DNA of 64,000 nucleotides, taken from positions 2,208,001 through 2,272,000 of the forward strand of contig CM000154.2 of NCBI GenBank assembly GCA_000004695.1. The letters are read 5' to 3'. Within the stretch, counting starts at the first letter, position 1, and each line of letters starts with the position of its first letter. Below are positions 12,478 through 24,831 of the stretch, piece after piece. Both the position numbers and the translations under genes were made by a program. The DNA comes from Dictyostelium discoideum. Its lineage: Eukaryota. The notes under the pieces are model-generated. The model saw only the letters and a list, made by a program, of their open reading frames with translations, did not search any database and was not told where the DNA came from.

Positions 12478-12760
12478 CCCCAACAAAATATTTGCTTATT
12501 TTTTTCATTATTTTTTTTTTTCCAGGCGAGCAACCAATGGTTTTTTATAATAATATACTAAAAATAAGAATAACAAATTGAGCTTTTTTTATTTTTTTTT
12601 TTTAATCATTATTTTTTATAGCGAAAAAAGTCGATACCGCTTAACTTTCAAAACAAAATAGTTAAAAAAATAATCATTGTATTCAAATTATTTTTAATGG
12701 GCACGTTATATATCTATTTTTTTGATAAATAACCTTTTACCAACCAAAATTATTATTTTT
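12478..12760 (+). repeat. Paralogous non-coding promoter-like element, copy B
   Basis: Layout: CCCCAACAAAATATTTGC, then CCAGGCGAGCAACCAATGGTTTTTT, then …ATAATCATTGTATTCAAATTATTTTTAATGGGCACGTTATATATCTATTTTTTTGATAAATAACCTTTTACCAACCAAAATT. This can be aligned to copy A across the head motif, the CCAAT-containing GC island and the TATA/oligo-T block. Confidence 0.5.
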
Positions 12761-14933
12761 TTTTTTTTTTTTCAAATTCCTTTTTTTTTTTTTTTTTTTT
12801 TTTTTTTCCCAACTGTCATTTGACAAAAATAACTATTTTTACTAAATTACAAAACAAAACAAAAAAAAAAAAAAAGCTTTTTTAAATTTTTTTTTTTTTT
12901 TTTTTATTTTTTTTTATTTTTTTTTTTTTTCCAAAAATTAATTTACCATTACCGCAATGGTACCAGTTGATTTTTATTTTTTTTTTATTCAAAAAAAAAT
13001 ATTAAAATAAAAAAAAAAATATTAAAATAAAAAAAAAAAAAAAAATAAAAAAAAAATGAAAATAAAAAAAAAAAACCACTTTTCCATGGTTTGAATTCAC
13101 ACACTTTCAAATTAATTTAATTGAGAATTCAAAATCTAGATATTTTTTAAATTTAAACGTTTAAAATTTAAACAAAATTATTTTTTATGACACGATGTGC
13201 TTCCTTTTAAGAAATGGTGGATGTTAAAAAATACTGAAATAAGATTCACAGATCTATATTATAGATTAATCCTAAAAACAAATAAATATAATGCGATGAA
13301 GCCTCACCAATATTAAAAAATGGGTTAGTTAGCCTCAATTAGTCGGGCATCCGTTTACCATCAATTATTTAAAACAAAACAAGATCTATCACTCACTTTA
13401 AATATAGGTTTGTAAATGAATTTAAAAGAATAAATTAAAATTTTTATTTTTTTTTTATTTTTATTTTATTTTTTTTTTTTTTTTCTAAAATAACACTATA
13501 AATTAAAAATTTTTTTTCATTATTATTTTTTTTTTTTCTAAAATAACAATCGATTATTTATTATTAAAAAAAAAAAAAAAAAATCAAAAAATAAAATAAA
13601 AAAAATCAAAAAAATAATAATAAAAATAATAATAATAAAAAAATAAAAATAAAATAAGGGATTAGGAAAAAAAAAAAAAAAAAAAAAAAATTTTTAAAAA
13701 AGATCTTTTTTTTTTTTAAAATTCCCCCCGCTCATTATAAATATTGTATATAAAAAACCAAAAAAAAAAAAACCATCAAAAAAATAATAAAAATAATAAT
13801 AATAAAAAAAATATTCTTAATAATTTTCTAAAAAAAAAAAAAAATAAAAACACCAATAATAATAATAATAATACACACACTTTTTTTTTTTTAATAACGA
13901 AAATCAAAAAAAAAAAAAAAAAAATATCTTTTTTTGCCAATACTCGAAAGCTTTTAAAAATAACAAAAGAAGTTTGGTAAGTTTTTTTTTTTTATTTTAA
14001 TTTTTTTTTAATTTAATTTTTTTTTTATTTTTTATTTTATTTTTTTTTTTTTTAATTTTTTTTTTTTTCATTCTTCGCAGCCAAAATAATGGCAAATCTC
14101 CAAAATAATTTGACCGTTTTTTTGGATATTTTTTACGATTTCCCACCTTGGAGACATTATTGTCACAATGTTTTTTTTTTAAAAAATTAGCGAGCAGCCC
14201 AAATGTTTTTTTAAGTGCAAATCATGTGATAACTGTATCCAATGGCGTTGTTTCTTTTTTTTTTTAGATATGTAAAGCAAAGCCACTGCTTATTGTTTTT
14301 TTTTTCTTTTTTTTTTTTTTTTTGATTTTTTTTTTTTTGTGCGCAGCCTCCTCGCCAATAAAAAAATTTTAAATTTAATTTTAATTTTTTAAAATATCCA
14401 TAGTTTATTCTTTTTTCTTTTTTTTTTTTTTTTTTTTTTTTATTTTTATATTTTTTTTTTTTTTTCTTTTTTTTATTTTTTTGATAATCCATAAATTGTT
14501 ATACGCTTTATTTTTTTATTTAAAAAATAATAATAAAAATCTACCTATATAATATATAATATATAATAAAATAAATTAGATTGTGTTTTTTTTTTTTCTT
14601 TTTTAAAAATTTAATAATAATAATTTATTACAAATCAATTAAATATTTTTATTATTAAACATTATAAATAATATAAAATTTTATTAAATTAATTATTTAT
14701 ACACCTTTCGTTTTTTAATTATAACACATATAACTTCATTCTTAAATATATTTTTTTTATTATAATTTTAAAAAAAAAAAAATAAATAATATAAAAACTT
14801 TTTTTTTTTTTTAAACAAAAATAATCACAACTGTTTTTTTAAATTTTATATATATATTATAAAAAATAAAAAACAAAAAAAAAAATTAAAAAAAATAAAA
14901 ACTTCAAAAACCCTTGATCTGCATTCACAAATA

Positions 14934-14966
14934 TCACCCACCCACACATACACACACAAACCCTTA
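14934..14966. promoter_or_regulatory. C/A-rich element (CACCCACCCACACATACACACACAAACCC) upstream of the cyclin-like gene
   Basis: A conspicuous CA/GT-rich island about 630 bp upstream of the ATG at 15594. A second ACACACACACC sits at 15131..15141. These resemble the G-box / C-rich elements bound by the G-box binding factor in Dictyostelium developmental promoters. Confidence 0.3.
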
Positions 14967-15593
14967 CCATAGACATTTTTTATTTCACCTTTTATTTTTT
15001 ACACTTTTTAAAATTTAAAAAAGCCATTTTTTTTATTTTTTTTATTTTTTTTTCTTTTGCAAAACAATTACAATTTCCTATTTATTTGTAATTGACCTTA
15101 ACAGTTTGATATACTGAGAATATCATTTCATAAAAAAACACACACACACCGATCTATAAAAAAAAAAAAAAAAAAAAAAAAACCTACAATTATTTTTTTA
15201 TTTTTTTTCCAAATTTATATAAACTTTTTTTTGTTTTTTTATTTTTGAAACAAAACATCTTCCAGTTTTTTTTTTTTTAATTTTTTTAATTTAATTTTTC
15301 AAATTAATTTAAAAAGACCCAATCAAATTCCATTATTTCCCCACACCTTTCAAATTAATACCATATATAAAATAATTTTTCTTTTTTGTGTAGTTTAACT
15401 TGTTACAATTTGTGCAAACATATATTAATTAAAAAATAATTTTTTTTTTTTTTTTGCATCACCAATCCAAAAATAGTAATAATACCTCATTAGTCGTTAA
15501 TTTAAATTTTTTAATAATATAATATAATATAATATAATTAATTAATAATATAAATAAAAAAAGAAAAATAAAAAAATAAATAAAATAAAAAAA

Positions 15594-15644
15594 ATGGAAC
15601 CAACAACCACCACTACTACAACTCAAAATCAAGAAGTTGATAAT

Positions 15645-15705
<61 letters not shown>

Positions 15706-16689
15706 TCAATACAACAAATAATACAAATACAAATAATAATAATATAAGTAATACTACATCTACATCTACAAATACAAATAATACTACAATCCAACCACAA
15801 GAACAATCATCATCATCATCATCACAACAACAACAAGCACAACCACAACAACAAGCACCAAAATCACATGGTTACCAAAGAATGTTTAAAAGATTATTAT
15901 TAAATAGATCCACTCAACCAAAAACTATTGTTCAAGAAAGAGTAATTGCCTCATATAAAGTATATGGATGGTTAATTAATTATGATCCAGCCTATGAGTC
16001 AACTGCCTTTAGAAGAGAAGTACTTATTGCCATTGATGAAATTTTCGATATTGTTTTGGCCATCTTAGATATGATGAAATGTTCATCAAATCTTTTAATT
16101 CCAATCATCATTTATGCCGATAAATTTGTAAATAGAAGCGGTATTAAACATAATCAATTATTTAATTTATTATTAACAAGGTAAGTTTTTAAAATTTTTT
16201 TTTTTTCAAAAAATCAACCAATTAATTTTAAATCAAATTATTAATTTTTTATTTTTTTATTTTTTATTTTTTTTTTAAAAATTAATTAGCACTGTTGTAT
16301 CATTAAAATTCTGGTCAGAATCAACTCAAGTTAATAATGCAATTATTGCAGAAATTTTTAATTTTTCATTAAAAGATATGAATCTTATGGAAAGAAGATT
16401 CCTTACTGGCGTAGATTACAATTTATTTTTAAACTCAACTCATACTACAAACTTTTTATTACAACTTTACGAAAATCAACATACCTTTTTATCATACTTT
16501 AAACATCCATTCGATAATCCACCACAAATCTTTATGATGCCAATCGAATTAATTCAATATCAACAAACATTAGTACATCAACAACATTATGCTCAACTTC
16601 AAATGGTTCAAGAACAACAACTTGAACAAATTGAACAACAAAAAAAACAATTACAAAAATTTCAACAACAACAACAAATAAATAATAAT

Positions 16690-16728
<39 letters not shown>

Positions 16729-16986
16729 CATCATCATATTATTAATAATAATAATAATAATAATATTAATAATAATAATATTAATAATAACCATCATCAC
16801 CATAATAATAATAATCATCATAATAATTATCATCCTTATCCAGTTAAAAAGCAACTCACAAATCAAAGATACCAACAACAACAAGCTTTAAATCAAAAGC
16901 AACAACAACAATCACAACAACAACAACAACAAGAGCTATCTAATCCAGGTAGTTATCATATCCAAATGGTATCACCAATGTGTTAA
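15594..16986 (+). CDS. PHO80-like cyclin with a poly-T/N/Q N-terminus and an Asn/His-rich C-terminus. Two exons: 15594..16180 and 16290..16986
   Basis: ORF-track ORFs 15594..16184 and 16378..16986 are joined by a phase-2 GTAAGT donor at 16181 and an acceptor …ATTAATTAG ending at 16289. The cyclin-box-like core is IASYKVYGWLINYDPAYESTAFRREVLIAIDEIFDIVLAILDMM…YADKFVNRSGIKHNQLFNLLLTS/TVVSLKFWSES…FSLKDMNLMERRFLTGVDYNLFL. The LExxFL…DxxL pattern is typical of Pho85-type cyclins. Confidence 0.7.
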
Positions 16987-17714
16987 AAAATATATATATA
17001 ATAATAATACACCTATAAGTAACAACTTAAAACATATAGTAATAATAATAATATAATAATAATAATAATTTAAAAAGGATGCAAATTACTATAAACTTTT
17101 TTTTTTCCATTTTCAAATATTTTTTTTTTTCCATAAACCAAAAAATCATTTTTCTCTTCTCCTCTTCATCCCTCTCAATAGTTAATTTATCAAACCGAAT
17201 ATATAATCAGAGTTCAAGTACTTCTTCCTTTTATTAAGTGAAAGTCTTGTTTCAAACTTTTTTTTTCTTCCTTTTTTTTCCCCCCTCCCCTTATCCATTG
17301 CTTTTTTTTTCTCTAGAAATCTTTCAAATATTCTAGTCCAACGCGGCGGTGTGTTTCACTTAATAATAATAATTATATTTCAACACTCTTTTTTTTTATG
17401 GTTCGAATATAAAGTTGGTTGGTTGGCAGACTTTTTAAAAATAGTTTTCAAGAAACTTTTTATTAAAGTCTTCAACACACATCCTCCTCTCGAAATATCT
17501 CCTCTTCGATACAAATATCATTTTTTTTATTCTTCTTTCCCAACATTAATTAATTTTAATTTTGGGATAAATTAAAAAGAATTAATGATATTTAAATTTT
17601 TTAAATATTAAATTAAAAAAAAAAAAAAAAACTTTAACAAAAAAATATAAAATAAAAATAAAAAAAAAATTAGAAAAAAAACAAAAACAATATGTGTTCA
17701 TATTTATTTAACTT

Positions 17715-17956
17715 TTATTTTTTATTTTTAAATAGAAATTGTTCTTGATCATTTTGGATTATTCTTAAAGTATTTAAACCTAATAATCCTTTTAATCTTG
17801 TTTCCAATAATACCATTTCAATTGAAATACTTTCTAAATTATCCTTTGATTCTTTTAAATCTGAATTTAATTGTTCAATATCAGATAAAAATTCCATATA
17901 CTTTATAATATCTTCTTGTTCATTATCCTTCTGGTCAAAATTTTTATTATTATTAC

Positions 17957-17993
<37 letters not shown>

Positions 17994-18253
17994 GAAAAAT
18001 TGAGATTTTTGATTGTTTTCAATGAATTGGTTGGAATTGAGGTTATTGTTGCTATCTAAACTTCTAAATCTTTTAAAACCAATAATATCTTTACTTTGTT
18101 CATAATATTCTTTTTCAACATCTAATTCCATCTCATTCAATTCACTTTCTTTGTGAAATTGTGAATTTTGTTTTTGTACTTGTTTTTGTTGGTGATATTG
18201 GTATTGAGAATATGACTCTGGTACTTTTCTTTTAATTGGTAAATTATTATTAC

Positions 18254-18317
<64 letters not shown>

Positions 18318-18422
18318 TATATTATTATTATTATTAAATTCACCATTTGTTCCATTTGGGTGAATTATTGTTCTTTTAAAATTTTTTAAAATGCTATTAC
18401 TATTATCACTTTTAAATGACAT
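17715..18422 (-). CDS. Hypothetical Asn-rich coiled-coil protein, 235 aa
   Basis: ORF-track ORF with an ATG start. Poly-N tracts flank a moderately complex core (…ELNEMELDVEKEYYEQSKDIIGFKRFRSLD… and the C-terminal LSDIEQLNSDLKESKDNLESISIEMVLLETRLKGL). Composition and codon usage are typical of Dictyostelium coding sequence. No homolog recognised. Confidence 0.5.
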
Positions 18423-18609
18423 TATTTGATTCCTGTTATGAGAGCTAATAAATAAAAATTGAATAGAGAATTTTTTTTTTTTTTTTTTTTTTTTTTATAT
18501 ATAAATAATTATTTTTTCTAAAATATTAAAACAAATTAAAAAAAACTCACTAAAAAATAGAAATAAAGAGAAAAATATATATATAAATAGAAGTTATTGT
18601 TTTTTTTTT

Positions 18610-18647
<38 letters not shown>

Positions 18648-18659
18648 TCCAATAAATAT

Positions 18660-19191
18660 TTATACATATAAGGAATTATAAGCAATAATCCATGATATCT
18701 AAAAAAAGAAATTTTGAATTTAGTAAAAAAAAAAATTAAAAAATTGAAAATTAAAAATTAAAAAAAAGGATAAAAACTTACAACAAAAATAGTTAAAGAA
18801 GACATAAAACCTTCTCTCATTAATTCCCATTTGAAATCATCTTCTTCAATTTCTAATACTTTAGTATAATATATAGCAACAAAACCGCAAGTGAATATTA
18901 AAAAGGCAATAAAACCTGGAAATCCTATAACCGGGATTGAACCAACTATAATTCCAACCAAAATACTAACAATTTGTCTCAACCAATGTACATTTTGAGC
19001 AATCTCTTTCTATTTTTTTTTATTTTATTTTTTTATTTTTATTTTTAAAAATATTAATATCTGATTGACTTTTTTTTTTTTTTTTTTTTTTCTTCTTTCT
19101 TTTTAATCATTATTACATTTGTAAATTTAAAATCCTTATTAAATGAATTCTTTAAAAGGAGTAATTGAGATCTTTCTTTTGTTTCACTCAT
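18660..19191 (-). CDS. Small multi-pass membrane protein of about 113 aa, hypothetical. Three exons: 19191..19117, 19009..18782, 18698..18660
   Basis: ORF 18758..18982 (TTG start) holds two hydrophobic helices (IVSILVGIIVGSIPVIGFPGFIAFLIFTCGFVAIYY) and is followed immediately by GTAAGT. An upstream exon, ATGAGTGAAACAAAAG… (MSETKERSQLLLLKNSFNKDFKFTN), ends with donor GTAATA, and a downstream exon encodes ISWIIAYNSLYV*. All junctions are phase 0 with AG acceptors. The model is constructed by hand and unverified. Confidence 0.35.
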
Positions 19192-19886
19192 TTCTTTTTT
19201 TATGGTAGTCGCCTATTCGAATAAAAAAAATAAAAAAAAAAATGAAAATGAAAAATTATAAAAAAAAATTTTCAAATATTTGACCAAAAAAAAAAAAAAA
19301 TAAAAAAAAAAAGAAAAAAAAAAAAATAATATAAAATAAAAGTTAAAACATTAATTATCTTTATAAATTCAATGGTTAATTTCCAAAAAATAAAAATAAA
19401 ATAAAAATATATAAAGATCAAAAAAATAAATAAATAAAAAATAAAGATAAAAAAAAAAAAAATCATTTAATTTAAAGTGAATTAATTTTTTTTTTTTTTT
19501 TTCAGGTATACCTCTTTGTGAACTTGGACACTGTTTTAAAACAATAATTACAAAAATTAAAAAAAAAAAAAATAAAAAAAAAAAAAAAAGGTGTGATTAT
19601 TTTTATTATTTTTTTATTATTTTTAATTTTTTTTTTTTTTTTTTTATAATTTTTTTTTTTTTAATTTTTTTTTTTTTTTTTTAATTTTTTAATGTGTGAA
19701 GTGCACTTTAATTAAAATTTTTTTTTTTTTTTTTAATTTTCAATTTTTCTAATTTTTAATTTTTTTATATATATACATAAATATTTATTTTTATTTTTAT
19801 TTTTTTTTATAATTTTCCAACATAACAATATCTAATTATAATTTGGTATTAATAGTGTAATATTTGTTTTTTTTTTTTTTTTAAAA

Positions 19887-21274
<1,388 letters not shown>

Positions 21275-22097
21275 TAAAAAAAAAAAAAAACCAACAAAAA
21301 AAAAAATAAAAAAAAAATAAAACTTATTCATAAGGAAATATGGTATTTGTAAACAAAAACAAAAAAAAAAAAAAAAATAAACAAAAGTGTGCATTGGTTG
21401 TATAATATAATTTTTATTTTCCAACTTTTGTATTATAATTTTAATTATAAAGATGATTTTTAAAATTTAATAATTTCATTCTCAAATATTTATTTCTTTT
21501 TTTTTTTTTTTTTTTTTCGGGAAATTAATAATTATATTAAATTGTCACATTAACTAATTTAAATAAATCTTTTGGTTAACAATTCAATATCAAATGAAAT
21601 TAAATAAATAAATAAATAAATAATTTCCTCAGAGGTAATTTTTTTATCTATTTTATTTAAACTTTAATAATAAAACTCAATTTCCAATGTTAGAAAAAAA
21701 AAAAAAAAAAAAAAAAAAAAACATATCAAAGTTATATAATTTGAAATTGTTTTTTTTATATATATATTATATATATTAATTTTAATTTTTTAATCACTGA
21801 AACTCTGAATCTTATTTTAATTGTTTTATAACTGCTTTTTTTTTTTTTTCTTTTTTTTCTTTTTTTTTTTCTAAACTGAATTTTTACACAAATAAAAAAT
21901 AAAAATAAAAATAAATAAAAAAAATAAAAACTAATCAAATCTTAAATTCGTGCAAATCTTTTATTATTATAATAATAATCAATTTAGTATTACAATCTCT
22001 CTTTTCATACACAACCGCCACGTTGTGTTTGTAATTGATCCCTTAATTTTTTTAAGTCCAATATTTACTTTAAGAATCTTTTTTTTTTTTTTTTTTT

Positions 22098-22132
<35 letters not shown>

Positions 22133-22242
22133 CAAAATTTTTTCTAATTTTTATAAATAAATTGAAAATTGATCGAACCGATCTGACTTTTTGTGCATAA
22201 CGGAGGCTTTAAAAAAAAAATCAAAATATTTTTAATTTATTT

Positions 22243-22273
<31 letters not shown>

Positions 22274-22343
22274 GGCTGATAATTTACTATCAGAAAACAC
22301 ACCACCTTTCTAAATTTAGTTTTTTGTTATTTTTATTTTTTTT

Positions 22344-22378
<35 letters not shown>

Positions 22379-22552
22379 GCAGTTGCAATTGGTGTATATT
22401 ATTTATTTATTTATTTATTTGTTTGTTTGTTTTTTAAAATTTATATTATTTATTCACAAAAAAAAAAAATAAAAAAAAAAAAAAAAAAAATTCAAAAAAC
22501 AAAGAATTTAAAAAAAAAAAAAAAAAAATACTTTGATTTAAAAACAAAGGGA

Positions 22553-22755
22553 ATGAGTTCAGAGGATTTACAGGATCACCATGAAATTGGAAATGAGGTG
22601 ATTAAAAAAAAAGGGGTTTACACAAAAAAAAAATGTCAAGATTGTTTCTTTTTAATATTATTTTTATTATTTTGGGCTGGTATGATCGTTGTGGCAGCAT
22701 TTGGTGTAAAAAATGGTAAACCTGATAGGTATGTAAAATAAATCAAGAATAATTG

Positions 22756-22790
<35 letters not shown>

Positions 22791-24648
22791 ACCAAAAAAC
22801 CAAAAACTAAAATAAAAATTACAATGGTTATATATTACCTCATATATTACCTCGCATATATTAATTTTATTTTAATATTTTATTTTATTTTATTTTATTT
22901 TTTTAAAAAAATTTGAAAAAAAAAAAAAAAAAAAAAGAATTGTTAAAGGTACAGATCAATATGGTAATATTTGTGGTGTTAATAATATAGAACAAGGTAT
23001 TTTAAATGAAACACAAGCAAGAGATACAACTAATGAACCATATGTATATTTTATATATTATCCAGACTTGATTGGAATTAATTATAGAGTTATTTGTATT
23101 GAAGAATGTCCAAATTCTACATATACAGATTTGAATGATCCAAATCAATTAATTTGTGATTATGGTACAGTTCCAGCAACCAATCAAATATCACCAAATG
23201 GAACATGTATGGGAAAAATTAAGAGTAAATTAATATTCAATCGTTGTATACCCGATGTAACCAATACATCAGTGGTATTGAATTCAATTGTCGATGAAAT
23301 CTATCAATTTGTAAATAATCAACTTACATCGGATCTCAGTGTAGAGATATTAACAGATTTAACTAATTCATGGCGTTATTTAATTTATGGCGCATTGATT
23401 GCAATGGGGTTGGGTTTGACATGGATATTTTTATTAAGATTTTTCGCAGGTTTCATTACATGGCTAACTGTATTCGCAGCATATGCATGTCTTGGTCTAT
23501 TGACGGCTCAGGTGTATTTCCAATGGCAAGATTCAAAGGATGCCTATGAGAATACAATCCCATCACAACGTTTAGTTATGCAAGAGAAGAATATATTGGC
23601 ATTAAAGGTGATTTTCATTATTCTTTGTGTGGTTTGTGGTATTTTCGCATTGATTCTATTGGCTTTGTTTAGTCGTATTCGTATTGCAATTCGTATCATT
23701 AAAGAGTGTAGTAGAGCCATTGGTATTATGCCATCAATTTTCTTTTTCCCAATTTTCATATTCCTTTTATTATGTGGTTTCACAGTTTATTGGGTTTACA
23801 TTGGTGTTTATTTAGCTACGGCCGGTTCACCAACTTATGACGATCAATATAGATTCACAGGTTATGAAGCGGATTCAAAGTTACAGAAAATTCAAATCTA
23901 TCATTTCTTTGGCTACCTTTGGACTTTTGCTTTCATCTTAGCATTGAATCAAACTACGATCGCTGGTGCAATCTCATCATGGTATTGGGTACAAGATAAA
24001 AAGGATACACCTTTCTTCCCAGTTTGGTCTTCATTTTTCAGGGTAATTCGTTATCATTTAGGTTCAATTGCATTGGGTTCTCTCATTTTGGCCATTGTAC
24101 AATTCATTCGTTGGGTATTACGTTTCTTGGAGAAGAAATTCAAAGGAAAGGAAGCTTATTTGGCAAGATTCATCGTTAGATGTTTAAATTGTATTTTTGG
24201 TTGTTTTGAAAGATTCATAAAGTTTTTAGATAAAAATGCCTATATCATGGTTTCCATCTATGGTTACTCTTTTTGTCAAGGTGCAAAGAGAGGTTTCCAA
24301 TTGGTTCTCACCAATATCCTTAGAGTGGCCGCTGTAAATTTAGTAAGTTCTTTCTTAATGTTTTTAGGTAGAGTTTTCATTACCGCCGCAACCGTTGGTA
24401 TCTCACTTTATCTCTTAAAAGAGCATGAAAATTTATCTTTTTATATCATTCCTGTAATCTTAATTGGTTTCATCGCTTTTGCCATTTCAACTGGTTTCAT
24501 GTCTGTTTATGATATGTCTATCGATACAATGTTGTTATGTTTCTGTGAAGATTGTGAAAGAAATGATGGTTCTCCAGAACGTCCATACTATATGAGTAAA
24601 TCACTTAGAAAATTCGTTGATGGAAAAGGTCGTTCAAAATGTTGTTAA
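22553..24648 (+). CDS. Choline transporter-like protein (CTL/SLC44 family). Two exons: 22553..22728 and 22938..24648, about 629 aa
   Basis: Exon 1 is MSSEDLQDHHEIGNEVIKKKGVYTKKKCQDCFFLILFLLFWAGMIVVAAFGVKNGKPD(R), with a GTATGT donor. Exon 2 starts …IVKGTDQYGNICG, the CTL hallmark (human CTL2 GDPRKVIYPTDSRGEFCG). The C-terminal region FRVIRYHLGSIALGSLILAIVQFIRWVL…NAYIMVSIYGYSFCQGAKRGF…CFCEDCERNDGSPERPYYMS matches the conserved CTL core (human …NAYIMIAIYGTNFCTSARNAF…CFLEDLERNDGSAERPYFMS). Confidence 0.8.
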
Positions 24649-24831
24649 AAAATAAAAAAAATAAAAAAAATAAAAATGTTATAAATAAAATAAAATAAAA
24701 TAAAATAAAATAATATTTATTTTTAATTATATCTTTTAAAGGGTTAAGAAAGAAATAAAATAAAATAATAGTTGTTTATTATAAAATAATTATTATTAGT
24801 ATGTTTGAATATAGAAATAATTTTAAATAAT

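Noticed and set aside
9583-12500. Calling the CCCAACAA head motif a bona fide DUSE, or the downstream T-terminated GC islands Class I RNA genes
   Set aside because: The motif has an extra A relative to the DUSE consensus as I recall it. The conserved Class I 11-mer (CCUUACAGCAA) is absent. It is reported only as DUSE-like.
13190-13400. Moderately GC-containing stretch (…AATGCGATGAAGCCTCACCAATATT…GGGTTAGTTAGCCTCAATTAGTCGGGCATCCGTTTACCATC…) examined as a possible snoRNA or tRNA
   Set aside because: There is no proper box C (GCGATGA rather than RUGAUGA) with a downstream CUGA and terminal stem, no tRNA cloverleaf and no snRNA core motif. It is left as part of the broader 9.1-15.6 kb observation.
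3277-14492. ORF-track ORFs lying in homopolymer spacers (for example 3277..3549, 9217..9414, 9401..9610, 11478..11729, 11881..12135, 13744..13980, 14211..14492, and also 40266..40559, 47913..48182, 59379..59573)
   Set aside because: Their translations are poly-F/K/L/I/N strings produced by A/T runs. Many 'start' codons are TTG or GTG. They lack codon periodicity and homologs.
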